From Selaginella moellendorffii (taxonomy: Eukaryota; Plantae; Lycopodiophyta), in the NCBI RefSeq assembly GCF_000143415.4, contig NW_003314267.1:2074932-2138931 (forward strand): 64,000 bases of DNA, given 5' to 3'. Numbering within the stretch: the first letter of the stretch is position 1; every line of letters starts with the position of its first letter. The notes beneath the pieces are model-generated. The model saw only the letters and a program-made list of their open reading frames with translations. It was not told the DNA's origin and did no database searches. The position numbers were made by a program, and so were the translations under genes. Below are positions 50,900-64,000 of the stretch, piece by piece.

Positions 50900-52526
50900 A
50901 TGTCGGACGCAATGGTAAATGGATTGGCAGGCGCTGGAGGCGGCCTCGTCGCGCAGCTCCTCACTTACCCGCTCCAGACGGTATTGTTAGCTTCGATCGA
51001 TCGAACCGAGCGTGATTCTGTGATGCATTCTCAGGTAAATACTAGACAGCAGACGGAGAGGAGATCAAAGAAGCCGTCTTCCTCCTCGTCGGATGGTTCG
51101 CAAGCGACAATTCGGAAGAGTGGCACAATTTTGGAGATCTACAGGGTATGTTTTGGATCTTGGGGCGTTGACGGAATTATTTTGGTGTCATAGGTGATAG
51201 CGGAGGAAGGATGGGGTGGATTATATAGAGGTTTGACACCCTCACTTCTGGGAACAGTAGCGTCTCAGGTTTGTATGCGTGCTAAAGTCGTGATGAACTT
51301 ATAGTTTTATTTGTTTGGTTTGTGCAGAGTGTGTACTACTATTTCTATCAGCTGTTTAGAAATGCGGCCGAGTCTAATGCTAGACGGAGGAGAAAGAATG
51401 GCATTGGAGATGGTACTGTTGGTATGTCCGACTCACTACTTGTAGCAGCATTGGCAGGGTAATTGGTCTTGATGCTTGTCTCTGACTTTGGAGTTCCTTT
51501 TTGCCTATTGCAGAAGCTTGAACGTACTCCTGACGAATCCTATCTGGGTCGTGGTGACTAGAATGCAGGCATGTTGTGCTAGCTCGTTTTCGTTGCTTCA
51601 TATTACCGATGTTTCAGACACAAACGCAAGCGGAAATGAAATCAAGCGCTCTTCAAAGTGAGATTGAGAAACCTCCTGCATCCCGTGAAGCATTGCCAGC
51701 GGATGTTGAAAGTCAAGAAAAACAAATAAATATTGTCTCTCCTGCCACCAATCATGGTGCCGCCTACACTGTAAGTTAATGTTACCTTTTTTTTTATGTT
51801 AGTCTTGATGATGATTGCTTGTTAGGTTCAAGACCTCTACCGCGAAGCCGGTTTAATAGGCTTTTGGAAAGGAGTTCTTCCCACTCTTATAATGGTAACC
51901 ACCAAACTTTGCATCCGAAACTCTCACGTTCATGTATCGAACAGGTTAGCAATCCCGCTATTCAATTTATGATTTATGAGACCCTATTAAAGGAACTCAC
52001 CAAAAAGAGAAAGATAAACAAGCATGGGATGAAAGATGTTTCCCCTTTAGAGGTAAATGCGATTGCTTCCAACATTCCTCGGTTGACAGTTAACTGCCAG
52101 ATTTTTGTAATTGGTTCTATTGGCAAGCTCGGTGCCACAATTGCCACATACCCGCTGCTCGTAGTAAAGGTACTGAAGTTGATGTTATGGTTGTCCCTTT
52201 CGCTAAAAGATGTCCTTGGGTTACCAGTCGCGCCTCCAAGCGAAGCAAGCAATCGGTAGGGATAAATCAACGCAGTACACAGGTTGAGTATCGATATTGT
52301 TTCGTGTCGTTGAGTTGACGTATGTGACCTTTGAACAACAGGAACTTTAGATGCAATCTTCAAGATGATCAGGTACGAAGGTTTGACCGGGTTCTACAAG
52401 GGGATGAGTACAAAGATCGTACAGAGCGTGGCAGCTGCGGCCTTGCTCCTTATGATTAAGGAAGAGCTGGTCAAGGTGGCTAGAAAGCTATTACTGAGGC
52501 GGCAAAAGAAACTTGCATCTCGTTAG
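50900..52526 (+). CDS. PXN: Peroxisomal NAD+ carrier (SLC25A17/PMP38 family)
   Basis: MSDAMVNGLAGAGGGLVAQLLTYPLQTVNTRQQTER; three mitochondrial-carrier repeats (TNPIWVVVTRMQ, TYPLLVVKSRLQ, EGLTGFYKGM). Confidence 0.92.
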
Positions 52527-52589
52527 CTGCTAAGAGGTAAACTCTTCTTCTTTGTGCTGGTGTAAGGTAACCTTCGATTTGTTTTTCCA

Positions 52590-55030
52590 GGCGATTTGAA
52601 ATAATTTCTGACTTGACTTCCCAAGGCGTGAAGGATGTTCCATTCTTGGCTCGTTTGAAAGCTGCCACCCGAAAGATTTAAAGATATGGATCGGTTGGAA
52701 TCCACACGGGTGTGGCCAAGCACTTTGTATTGGTAGTCACAAGGGGCCACTCTTTCCTTTGTCGCATTACAAGCCGGAGCAGAGCTGGAGAACATGCAGG
52801 TGGATTGGACTAGGATCAGAGATCAAGAGAGAGGGTCCGGGATCTTCTTTCCAGCAAGTTGGAGCAGTCGTGAATTGCGTGGATGCTTGGTGGAAAGAGC
52901 TGTCACCAGGTTGCTGGGGCTTGTCAGGGACAAAGTCTTTGGCAAACACACTCTACTAGTATGAAGACCGATTGTCTTGTCAGTACTCTCTCTCGAATTG
53001 AGACTCCGCGTCAATGCGGAGAGATGTTGCTCAAATGATCCTGCGCTAAGCCGACCGTCGCTCGCAGCAAACACCCGAGCTTATTAACCTTGACCTCTGA
53101 CAGTGACTTTGTGGCTGCAGCAGCAAATAGATTGGTGGGACGTTCCCATTCAGCACAACGAGTAAACAAAGAACGAGAGGTATGAGTTGTGCTGCTTTGG
53201 TGCGAGCTGAATATTATACTAACACCTTGGACGTTTGACTGTGTATCCAGAAGGAGCCAAATTGGCGTGTTTACAAAAGCTCGAGCATTTGCGGTCCCAC
53301 TCGTTAAGTAGCTACCCTCGTGGAGGAGAGAAAAAAAGAAAGAGGAGAAAAACTGCAAGAGGAAGAAGAAAAGGTTTGCTATTTTATGCTACAGTTCTCA
53401 TGTTCTTGCTTGTATAGCCGCACATTTGGGACTACGAGCAGCCCGAATGAGACTCGCAACAGCGAGCTCTCAACTACCAGCGTAGCTTCCTATATGATTG
53501 TGGCTCGAGAGATGGTACTCGTTCTTTCGATTTACCGGCCACTGCTCCTTGGAATTTCTCTCGGCTTTACAACAAAACTTTTAGCGTGTGCAGTGGTGCT
53601 AGATCTACCGCAGCCTGGCACTCTGCAATCAAGGATCGTGCTGTCGGTACGCTTTGACTTCCTGTAGCCGCAGCCGACGTCCTCGCGTTGGCTACGGCTT
53701 GCTTTGTTTCCTTCCTTTTTCGCGTCCTCTGTGTATGATACTAATCAACTCTTTCTTCTGTAGGATAAAGCAGGAACACGCACAGAGGCCGTGTGCATAT
53801 ACCGGCAAACAGATTACGAAAGAAGTGATTATATGTGCACCGGAGAGGGAGGTAGGTGCATGTAAACATCAATCATACGCCTTCTGGAGTTGAGATTCCC
53901 AGAAGAAAATAAAACTCGAATAGACAGGCTCTCTCCGTGCGACACAATGCTCTGCAATTAATGGGGGAATGGAAAATCCCTCTAGAATGGTGAGCCGTCT
54001 CCGTGGTTGCTTTTGTTTTTACTGGATTGTCTCTCTTTTTTTTTTTTTTTTACAGGGTGGAGGAAAGTGGACTTGGAGCCATGAGTTACAACTGTCCGAT
54101 GGTTCCCGGAGGAACTACAAAAGCTGGTAACTTCACACCGACAAAACTGTTTCAGGATCTATCTCCCAGTGAAAATGTGGCGACCTCGGTGTGCACAGGA
54201 TACCAGGGGTGCTGTCCGACACCACGGCGTGAGATATTCCATTGCTGTGAGATCTTCTAATCCAGGTTCGCCAGCATCGTAGCTTAGCTCACTCTTATTT
54301 CCTTGCTTGCACAAGATATTGACTTAGTGGAAGGTTTATCGCCTTGCGCACAACCTAACGACCGTGCTCTCGTTTTTAAAACATTTGCTCCAGGGAACAC
54401 GAAGAAATACACATGGCCTTATATTCGACTTTGGCTTGGCTCGCCGTGCTACGTGATTTTCCGCAAACTGGCCAAAGAACTACTAATATCAACCAACTAA
54501 TCTCACCGTCATTTGACGTCAGCCTACATTGCTGCCGAGCTCATGGTGATGAAGGCAAGCCATATTTTCTGTTCTCTTGTTTTGGTTTCTCTTTTCTTTC
54601 GCTCGGTTCTTTTTTTCCCTCATGCTTTGTTCTCTTCCTCGCGCAGGGTGTGTTGCAACTTGGACAGCGATGGCGGTTTCCTGATTGATTTAAACGGGGG
54701 CCGTGTCTCATTCCCAGCCCGTTTTGTTTGCGTGAAGCTTCTTCTCAAAGCGCGTAAGGTTCGTTCTACTGTGCTTGCTTAGAATCGATTTTTATAACCA
54801 TGGAGATTCTTAAACGTTTCCAAGGAAATCCAAGCTTCGTTTTTTATTTCCAGGAACGAAAGAGCGGTTGTTGGCCAGCGGCGTGGGTGTTCTAAACACC
54901 ACGAAAAACGCGAATTCTTCCGGATGAGCTCATCGTTTTGCCCTTTTTCCCTTACGATATCCGGGTCTACTGGTAGACATAGATTTCGTTTGTCATATTA
55001 CATGAGCTCATCATTGTTACAGGTTAGTTT
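52590..55030 (+). other. Unidentified exon/intron-like region (lineage-specific gene, pseudogene or decayed TE gene)
   Basis: Several short GT...AG intron-like segments alternate with coding-like blocks. No recognised domain and no clean ORF chain assembled. Confidence 0.3.
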
Positions 55031-56451
55031 ATGTGTCGTTACAGACCTTCATTTAAACAGCCGAGAAATTTGGCCGCGTTTGTGATGCAAGCAAAGCCAG
55101 CCAACAAGCAAGCCTCCACCATCGCCGGGTAAAAACATTTGTTTTTCCACTTCTCACTCACTCCAGTTTTTAACCGAGGGGAGGAAGAATGTCGACAAGG
55201 ATGGATTGTCCTTGAAAGTGAAGGGAATCGAACCCTGTCAACCCGGAAAATTAATCCCGCGGCCGTGGGGCCGCCGGGGTTTTGTCGGAGATGCAACGAC
55301 ATGGGACCCGAAATCATATCGGACGCTGATGCCCGAGCCACTGAGGCGCGCACACGTGGCAGTCCACAGGGGCCGCAGTTAATGCTTGGGTCCCGCCACG
55401 TGCGCGCTAGATGCTGGGTTCCAGAAGGCTGACGTGGCCAAACGGTTTTTTTGCCCTGGAGGTCCCAGGCTCGAATCGCAAGCGCGTCGGAAGGGATCTC
55501 GCCAAAGTTTAAAATAATCGCAACTCGCAACGTTTCGCTTGTTGACAAGAATTTTTTTTATAATCTTGTCAATGCAACTTGATCGTATTTTTTGTGGAGA
55601 CCGGATAATGTCGGTGAAGACCCAATCCACAGCGTCCGATTCTTCTGATATTTGTTGTCGTCCGTCCGTTCCGTCCGTCCTTGTGTATGTTTGATACGCT
55701 TGGACCATCCAGTCTCTATACACGCTGTTTCAAGAAGACACGGGATGACCGCTTCCACAAGCACACAAGAATTGTATATCGTACATGAGAATGCGACCGT
55801 CAACTTTATGAAAAAGCTCGCGGGGAAAAAAAAAAAAACAAGAAAATTTGATGCGAGATGGAAAAACTACCCTCTGGTCGTTTGCTTGAACTGCAAAGTC
55901 ACGTCTTATCGAGCTTTATATTCCTTGGAGACATATCAATGGGGGCCATACCACCTTTCCAAAGTCCGTAAGTCTGTTAAGCAAAGATTTGCTACGCACA
56001 AATTATATTAATATTAGTTACACCTTACCAACCACGAATCAGGGAGCCCTAACCAGGGAGGATATTCGGTGATCCATGGCAAGAATATGTGATGATTGAT
56101 GTGGTGGTGGTAGCAACCTAGTATTGCGCGCGTTTAAAATCTCCGGGGGTGGGAACAAGGGTTTCTCTGCAGCTCAAGTGTCACAATTCCATCCGGTCTC
56201 TGTCACATCCCTCTCGCTTTCGATCGATCGCTCCTCCCTCTCTCTCTCCCTCTCCCTCTCTCCCTTCTTTCTCTCTCGATCAATCGATCGAGGCATTCCT
56301 CCGCTCGCTCTCTGGCGCTCGCGCGCACTTTCAAAAGAAATACACCATACAATGCGATTGATCGATCGATCCAGCAAAGCGGCCGGGGATGATCCATCGT
56401 TCGTGCTCGTTTCCCCCGCATTAGGTTAATTTGGGGGGAAAAGAGTAGAGT

Positions 56452-58486
56452 ATGGGGAGGCATTCGTGCTGCCAGAAGCAAAAGCTCAAGAAAGGGCTAT
56501 GGTCGCCAGAGGAGGACGAGAAGCTGGTGCGCTACATCACCAAGTATGGCCACAGCTGCTGGAGCACGGTGCCGGAGCAAGCCGGTCAGTAGCAATCGAT
56601 CGCTCGAATGTGAGCTGCAAGATCACTCATCCATGGCGCTCGAATTATTTGCAGGATTGCAGCGATGCGGCAAGAGCTGCCGGCTCCGGTGGATCAATTA
56701 CCTCCGCCCGGACCTCAAGCGTGGGAATTTCACGTCGCACGAGGAGAAGCTCATCATCGATCTCCACGCGGCGCTTGGCAACCGGTAAAGAGAGATTCTC
56801 GTTTGGTTTCGTTGTGAGAATTCCTCTCATTTGATCGGGGATTCTTCTTCCAGATGGTCGCAGATCGCGGCGAGGCTGCCCGGGCGCACGGACAACGAGA
56901 TCAAGAATTTCTGGAATTCTTGCATCAAGAAGAAGCTCAAGCAAATGGGGATTGATCCCAACACCCACAAGCCTCTGCTCGTGGCCACCTCCGCCGCCGC
57001 CGCCGCCGCCGCCACTAGCCCCAGCGGCGCCGCCGCCGCCACCGCCACCACCACCCCGGACGCCAAATCACCCATCATCGAGCAGCAATTCCTGGACAAA
57101 TCCAGCGCCAGCGCCGCCATGGTGATCACGCGACAACCCCCCAAACTGTTCGCCTGCCCCGAGGAGGACGACGATGGCGACGACAACGACGCCATGGGCG
57201 GAGAGGACGCCGCCATGAATTTCAAGAATGCCGGTCGATCCGACCAGCACGACCCCCGGAAGTTCTCGTTTCTCGCGAGAACCAAGCCACCCCAGTTCTT
57301 CAGCTGCGGCAGCGATCGCGACGAGGACAACAACGCCATGACACCGCTCACACCGCCATCGTCTTCTTCGAATTCTTCCAGCTATGGATCACAGCAGCTC
57401 TATCGTCCAGCATTTGGGTTCTTCCCCCAGCAGCAGCAGCAGCAGCAGCAGCAAGATCATCCTGGTTTCCTGCCACCAGGGATCAACAACTGGAACCAGC
57501 ATTGGATCACGCAGCACGTCCCGCCCATGGCCGCGCCATTCTTCCACCCCGATCACGTCCACCATCCAATGCAGCAGCCAGCGCAAGCTTTTGGTGCCGG
57601 TACTAGTGCCTCCCTTTTCAATTCACCCAGCACGCTCAACAATGTGGCTCCAGTTCACGTTGGATCCTTGGTGTGGTATTTGCAGCAGCAGCAGCAACCG
57701 AGCATGATCGAGCAAAATCACCACCACCACCACCAGCGGAGTTCTTCTGGTAGCCAAGCGGAAGAGCCCAGCTTTGGACACCAGGAGATCAAAGGCGACG
57801 TAGACGACGACTTTAGCGCCAAGTACTGCGAGAATTTCCTCAAATTCGGTGACTTTGGCACTGGCGGGGATCCGGAGCGAGAATTCAGCAGCAGCCCCAG
57901 CGGCGGCGGCGACGATGGCGAGCAAGGATCGCCCGGCTGCTGCTCCAACGATCACGCCGCGTCGAGCTTTATGATCAAGCCACCGGTGGTGACGTCGAGG
58001 TGCTCCATCCCGGACGATGGTGGTGGCAAGGAATCGCCGTCCATGGACACCAGCTGTAGCAATGCAAGTGGCGGCGACGGGGGATTCCAGTTCTGGGACA
58101 CTTGCACGACCACGAGTAACAGTAGCGGCGGCGACGGTGGCGGTGGTGGTGGTGGTGGTGGTGGCGACGCCAAATTCAGCCTCCCGTTCCTCCGCGCCGC
58201 CTCCTCCTCCGCCAATTCCTCCGACGACGCCGCCTCCGACAGCTTCTCCAACTCGTCCATCCGGTGGAGCGAGCTCCTCCCCAGCCCCGCCATCGCGCCG
58301 CCGGTCTGCCATGGTGGCGCCGCCATGGCAAAGCCGCGACAGCACAGCGATCAGTTTGGAGATTCATCGCCCTCCACGATTATGATCAAGTCGAGTGGTA
58401 CGTCATGGTACGATCGTCGGGAGGAGGAGGAGGAGTTCTCGCCGGAGCTCCAGCGGATTGCGGCAGCATTGGACCAAATCATTTAA
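56452..58486 (+). CDS. R2R3-MYB transcription factor, MYB61/86/50/55-like (631 aa)
   Basis: Exons 56452-56584 (133 bp), 56655-56784 (130 bp), 56854-58486. [25 protein letters not shown]; [11 protein letters not shown]; C-terminal IRWSELL and ELQRIAAAL motifs. Confidence 0.95.
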
Positions 58487-59700
58487 GATCTTTAATGGCT
58501 TTCTATACATTGCTACACTCGATCGACCGATGTTGGCGCGCATTATACGCTTACTATATAACCATTGATACGTTATACGTATTATATGGATCCATGCATT
58601 TGCTCGGATTTGGATCATATGAGATGTTCTTCGTTCCTTCGTTCTTTGTAACATTGATTTGATAGACGAATTGGTTGTTTAAAGAAGGCTTTTGTTGTAT
58701 GCAACGAAGGTGTCTTTAGAAGGCTTTTCAGAGAGCTTGGTGAAAGTTGGCGATTGATTGATCAATCTTCCAATGTCGCCTGTTTGTTTGCTCGTTTTTG
58801 TTTGTTTCGTTTGGATGGTGGCGGTGATTGACATCGATTATAATTGAGTCCTTGGAACAACAGCAACACAACGCTCCAGAAGATCGTCCATGATTTCCAC
58901 TTAGTTTTCTCAATCTTCTTGGAGAGATTTGACAAGACGAGGTGTTCTTTGTACTCTAGCCCTTTGAGAGATCGAGTGAATCGGAAAGGATTAAAATAAT
59001 GCGCTTACTTTAGCGTTGATAAAGCCGTGCGCTAAACAATCACCGTCGCCCAGAGGGTACAGATCACTGTTTGCCTTTATTGACCTCGCTCGATCCTTAC
59101 TTTCTTCTTTTCACTCTGTCTCCACATCCAGCCAACTTCATCGAGTGAAGAGACTCCAATCCTGTACATCATTCGCATCCAAGAATCGCTGATCTTCCCA
59201 AGAACCAATAGTCTAGACTTTGTTTGAATGTCGGTGGCGGTGCCACGAATTCGAGAGAATCAATCTAGAGAGAACAAAGCGAGCCCGCGATTCATTTCAA
59301 TCTCCTCCTTTGACGCATACCACAAAGCAAGGAAGAAATCGCCCATGGACTTTGTCTTTGACGCAGCCTTTGTACAAAGAAACTATCTCCTTTTTTGCTC
59401 TCCTTTCTTCTACTTTCTCCCCTTTTCTTCCTCGACCCAGAAGCTTCTGAAAAAAGACCAATATCAAACCTTTTTCTTTCGAGTGAATGAATGAACGCTG
59501 CCGAGTGAGAACCCTAGAAAATGTTTGTCATAAATGCTCTGCCACCTTTTCGTTGTTTCGTTCTTTTCTTTGCATCAAATTGCTTTTCTTCTTTTGCTCT
59601 GCCATGCCCGCAACTACCATCTTATTCGCGGTACTTTGGATTGAATTCTCGTCCAGAGATCTTTAGGTGATCTTGGAGAACGCCATCGCTAGCCCTCTTC

Positions 59701-60923
59701 ATGGGTGGGAAGCAATCCTCTTCTTCTACTTCCTGCTATAACGAGAAGAGGAAGCTCCGCAAAGGATTGTGGTCGCCCGAGGAAGACGAGAAGCTGGTGC
59801 AATGCATCACAAAGTTTGGGCATGGCTCATGGAGCAATGTTCCCAGACAAGCTGGTGATTCTCATTTCTACATCTTTCTTCTATCAATCCCTCCACGATT
59901 TCTTCTCTTCGTGCTCCAAGTTCATTGCTTCGTGTTGTGCGCATAAATTGTCGAATCTCTCTCTTATCGTTTCTTTCGCTTTTAATTTCCTTCATGAACT
60001 TGGTCGAGACAGGTTACATTTTCTTCTTTCTAATCTTTGATTGATCGATCGATCGGCACAGGATTGGATCGCTGCGGCAAGAGCTGCCGGCTTCGATGGA
60101 TAAACTACCTTCGCCCTGACTTGAAACGAGGTGGTTTTGGCGAGCACGAAGAGCAACTCATCATCGATCTCCATGCCATCGTTGGTAACAGGTCGATTCA
60201 ATCTCAAAATCAATGTCTTTCGACTTGACTTTCGCTTGAATTTGTTCTGGCAGATGGTCACACATTGCCCGGCAACTGCCCGGAAGAACAGACAACGAGA
60301 TAAAAAACTTCTGGAACTCGGTGATCAAGAAGAAACTACGGAAGATGGGCATCGACCCAAAAACGCACGCGCAGATCACGTCACCCTCGACGACCTCGCC
60401 ACAATTCAGCAGCAGTGAGCTCATTATCACCGATGATCATCAGCAGAGTTTCGACGACCCCTCGGGTGTCATAAGCAGCTTCATGAATCACGCTCCATTC
60501 TCATTCCAACAAGATCATCAAGATCCTTCCACTTGTGCCACCAGCAATCTTGTCGTGCTGCATGGCTCCTCGTCCGGATCCCGCGATCAAGAGCTTGCTG
60601 GAACCTCGAGCTCGGCTCTAGTCGATCATCGATTTTACGACCCAGCAGAAGCAATGGATTACAACTGCGCGGATTTCAACCAGGGTGGTGATGAACGCCA
60701 TGTCAATCAAGATTCGTCTTTGCCCGCCATGTCATGCACTGTACAAAGTTTAGCATACACCGGAGATTTTCCAGGCGAGGCTTTGCTCTCACCGCCTCTC
60801 CTGGATTGCTTCCATCGCGAAGAGCAGCACGAAGACGAGCAACCATTTGTTCTTCCCGCAAATGCCATTAGCTACAACGCAGGGGAGTATTATCCCCTTG
60901 GCTTTCATCAGGCATTCATGTGA
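59701..60923 (+). CDS. R2R3-MYB transcription factor (317 aa)
   Basis: Exons 59701-59854, 60062-60191, 60254-60923. [15 protein letters not shown]; [20 protein letters not shown]; MGIDPKTH. Confidence 0.93.
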
Positions 60924-61283
60924 TTACAAGTTGATACAAAATCTATAAACTCGGCTCAGATTTAAGCTTGTAAATTCACGAGAATACATAAAGAAAAACT
61001 AGTTTGTCACGCAGTATAAATCTCTATCACTCCAGTGCCTAGCCTTTTCCGTTTGCGTTGGACTGTTTTGTGTAGTGGCAAAGTACCCAAAACGTTCACA
61101 GCCAAGAACTTGTGATCGGCTTAGAGTCTAGAGCTCCAATAACTTCTATTACAGACAACATGGAGAAATAAAATTGTAGTCACATGGTTTTATTTGTCGA
61201 GCTCGATCGAGTGAATGAATGGGATGGTATACATGTATGTGTGCCTGTGTAAGTAAAATTTATATACATTTTCTTTTCATCAC

Positions 61284-62886
61284 TCACATGTGTTGTAGCG
61301 CGGCCGCCAACGATGACTGCCAATCGGAAGCCGCCAGCTCGGACTTGATGCCGGAATCAAAACTTGGAATCTTTGACGCGGTGGTGGCGCCGCCACCTCC
61401 TCCGCCGAACGTAAAACCCATGGCACCGTCAAACTGCGTTGACCTGTTCTGACCGTCGCTCGTCAGCGCAAAGTCAACGGCCGCCAGATCGTAAGGCTGT
61501 TGCTGGTGCTGCTGATACTGCGGGTGATGGTGGTGGTGGTGATCAAAGGAAGCCACCGCTGGCGGCGATGCATCGCAGATTTGATACATGAAATTGGATC
61601 CGGTGTGAGTAGCGAAAGCGTTGTTGTAATTCAAATGCACGATGCCCGGAAGAACAGCGCCAGTGGTGCTCCCGGGGAATTGCTGCCTCATCTCATCCCC
61701 CTGGTGCTCCTCCCCTGCCGGATTCCCATCGAAAGTACTAGTACTTGAGCGATGATCAAAGTCTGGATTGTAGCTGCCGCGGCCTGATGGAGTACTAGTC
61801 CAGTGATTATCCGATCTCATGCTTTGCAGTGGGCTCGAGAAGATCGCTTCGCTAGCACTGTGACTGGCTGCTGGAACTAGAGGTGAGTGATCTTCCACGC
61901 CTGGCCTGGTGATCATCCACTCGTTGTAAATCCTGGAATCCCTCGATACGTTGCTCAAATCGGAGAAGTTCCTCAACAGAATTCTCGCAGTTCCTCCTCC
62001 TCCTTCTGAATTCACCACTCCAGGCGATGCAAGTGGATTGACGACGCTCCTGGAGTTGGAGCTCTCGTGGTGATTGATTTGCAGCTCGCTAACCAGTGCT
62101 GGATTGCGGAGGAGTTTGGTGTCGGAGAAGCTGCGGCCCAAGCGAGGATGGGCTTCGAGATTGATGTTGTAGGGGTAGAGCTTGGAGGATTTGAGGTCGC
62201 TGTGGTCGCCCGGTTGGGACTGCGAGGACTCGGACTCGGCGGAGCCGGATTTGAAGGAAGAGATGTCGTCACAGGGAGGGAACTGTGGCAAATTCTTGCC
62301 GATGCTCGAGCCCGCCGCGTCGTTCATTATGGGCTTGTGAGTCTTTGGGTCTATCCCCAGGCGCTTGAGTTTCTTCTTGATGCACGAGTTCCAAAAGTTT
62401 TTTATCTCATTGTCGGTGCGGCCGGGGAGCTGTGTAGCGATTTGCGACCACCTTGAAACAAGAAGGAAACTTTAGCAAGCTTTTCCAAAAGAAGTTGTTT
62501 TGAAACTTGGAAGAGTTTCATGGTGTCTTGGAATATTAACCTGTTGCCAACGATCGCATGGAGATCGATGATGAGTTTCTCCTCTTGAAGCGAGAAAGCA
62601 CCGCGCTTGAGATCGGGGCGGAGGTAATTCTTCCATCTCAATCTGCAGCTTTTCCCGCATCTCTCCAGTCCTGTTGGATCGGAATTGGGCCAGGAAAACG
62701 CAAAGAAAATATCCATCTTGGCTTTAGAGAATGGAAGCTTTTCATTTCCTTACCAGCAAGCCGAGGTACATTGCTCCAGCAGCCATGGCCGTAAGTGGTG
62801 ATGCACTTGACAAGCTTCTCGTCTTCCTCGGGCGACCACAAACCTTTGCGAAGCTTTTGTTTCTGGCAACACGAGTGTCGCCCCAT
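61284..62886 (-). CDS. R2R3-MYB transcription factor, MYB61/86-like (476 aa)
   Basis: Exons 62754-62886, 62541-62670, 61284-62451. [22 protein letters not shown]; [10 protein letters not shown]. Confidence 0.95.
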
Positions 62887-63129
62887 GCGACGGGGGAAAC
62901 TGGTTACGAGAAAATACAAAAAGTGAAGAAAAAGAAGAAAAAAAACAGATTTTTGCAGAAGAAGGAACAACTTCGCGAAGAGAAGAAATAAAGTATAAAA
63001 AAGGAAAGCTCGGTGCAAGCAAAGGACCAAAGGACTGAAGGACACAGACTATAAGTTTTACTTGCTTGCTTCACTCCTAAAGGCTGGAAGAGAATGAGAG
63101 AATGTGTGCATGCATCAACTGGAGACTGG

Positions 63130-63229
63130 NNNNNNNNNNNNNNNNNNNNNNNNNNNNNNNNNNNNNNNNNNNNNNNNNNNNNNNNNNNNNNNNNNNNNNN
63201 NNNNNNNNNNNNNNNNNNNNNNNNNNNNN
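63130..63229. other. Assembly gap (100 N)
   Basis: N run with TGGAGACTGG on both sides. Confidence 1.
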
Positions 63230-64000
63230 TGGAGACTGGAGCGCAGCAGCTCCAACAAACGAAATCGGAGATCTTTCCAGAGACAATTCCAGTTGCTCAG
63301 TGCAGCAGCAGTAGCAGCAGTGGGCAGCGCTGCACAGAATTTATAAGCGCAAGCTTTCACTAGGCATTTCTCCTGGGAAGTCTGCGCTGCGAGAGGAAGG
63401 GGAAGAGGAGGAAAAAGAGGAAAAAGAAGAGTGAAAATGGAGCAATTTCTCGTTGAGCACTGGCCACTTTCACCAGATCGACGACTGCTATCGTCATAAG
63501 CAGCGAGATCCAGGAGGCGCTGGAGGAGACTTCCGTGCAGGACTTACAGAGCTTAGGCGAGAATTTGGAGGAGTGATGGCGTTGGAGAAGCTTGTTTGCA
63601 TCATTGTCAGGATGCCTTTCGTCGGCGCTGGCAGCGCCGGTGAGCACTGGCGATCGAAGCGCACATCCAAATCGCAGACTTGAATTGCAGCGTAAGGACA
63701 AAGATTGCATGCACATGCTGCTGCTGGCGGAATGGAGAAATCAAAAACAAACGCGGGCGCAATTAAACCCTAACCCCAAGAGCCCTAATTTACAGCGCGG
63801 GAATGTGGGGACCATGCACACGTGGATCACTTAAACCACACATGGGCCACGTACGGCAGTGGTGGCCCATTTCTTTGTGTACCGCCACCTTTTTCCTATT
63901 TCTGTAGCGTGTGTAATTGAGAGCCTCACAGCTAGACCCAAAGAATTTATATGCTTTGATACAAAATATCCGAGAGTTTCCTTCGTAGAGATATGTACTT

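Noticed and set aside
57068-58662. Overlapping antisense or alternate-frame ORFs in MYB exon 3 (also 15995-16339 and 46362-46709)
   Set aside because: Shadows of GC-rich, low-complexity coding sequence.
63280-63760. Possible miRNA or small ORF upstream of the third MYB
   Set aside because: No recognisable mature miRNA, hairpin or protein motif.

Overview
Eukaryotic land-plant genomic DNA. The 45-70 bp introns, tight gene packing and gene content suggest a lycophyte such as Selaginella, but that is inference. The window has two halves. (1) About 1-47 kb is a rearranged, repeatedly duplicated region built from a few components. These are: heavily decayed glycoside hydrolase family 1 (beta-glucosidase) copies inside an AT-rich ~2.4-2.7 kb repeat; one intact plus two truncated M1 aminopeptidase genes; two near-complete plus two partial NAD(P)-binding Rossmann-fold genes; and two intact, intron-containing, bacterial-type isonitrile-hydratase-like DJ-1/PfpI genes. 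It also holds receptor-kinase scraps and several LTR elements: two Cassandra TRIMs with 5S-rRNA-like LTRs (one a 3-LTR tandem with a 5-bp TSD), head-to-head Copia remnants, a Gypsy-like deletion derivative and an 800-bp TRIM-like element. One deletion fuses the aminopeptidase in frame to the Rossmann gene. (2) About 47-64 kb is gene-dense: DCN1-like, DnaJ (J + DnaJ-X), peroxisomal NAD carrier PXN, an unidentified spliced region and three R2R3-MYB genes of the MYB61/86-like group. There are two assembly gaps.
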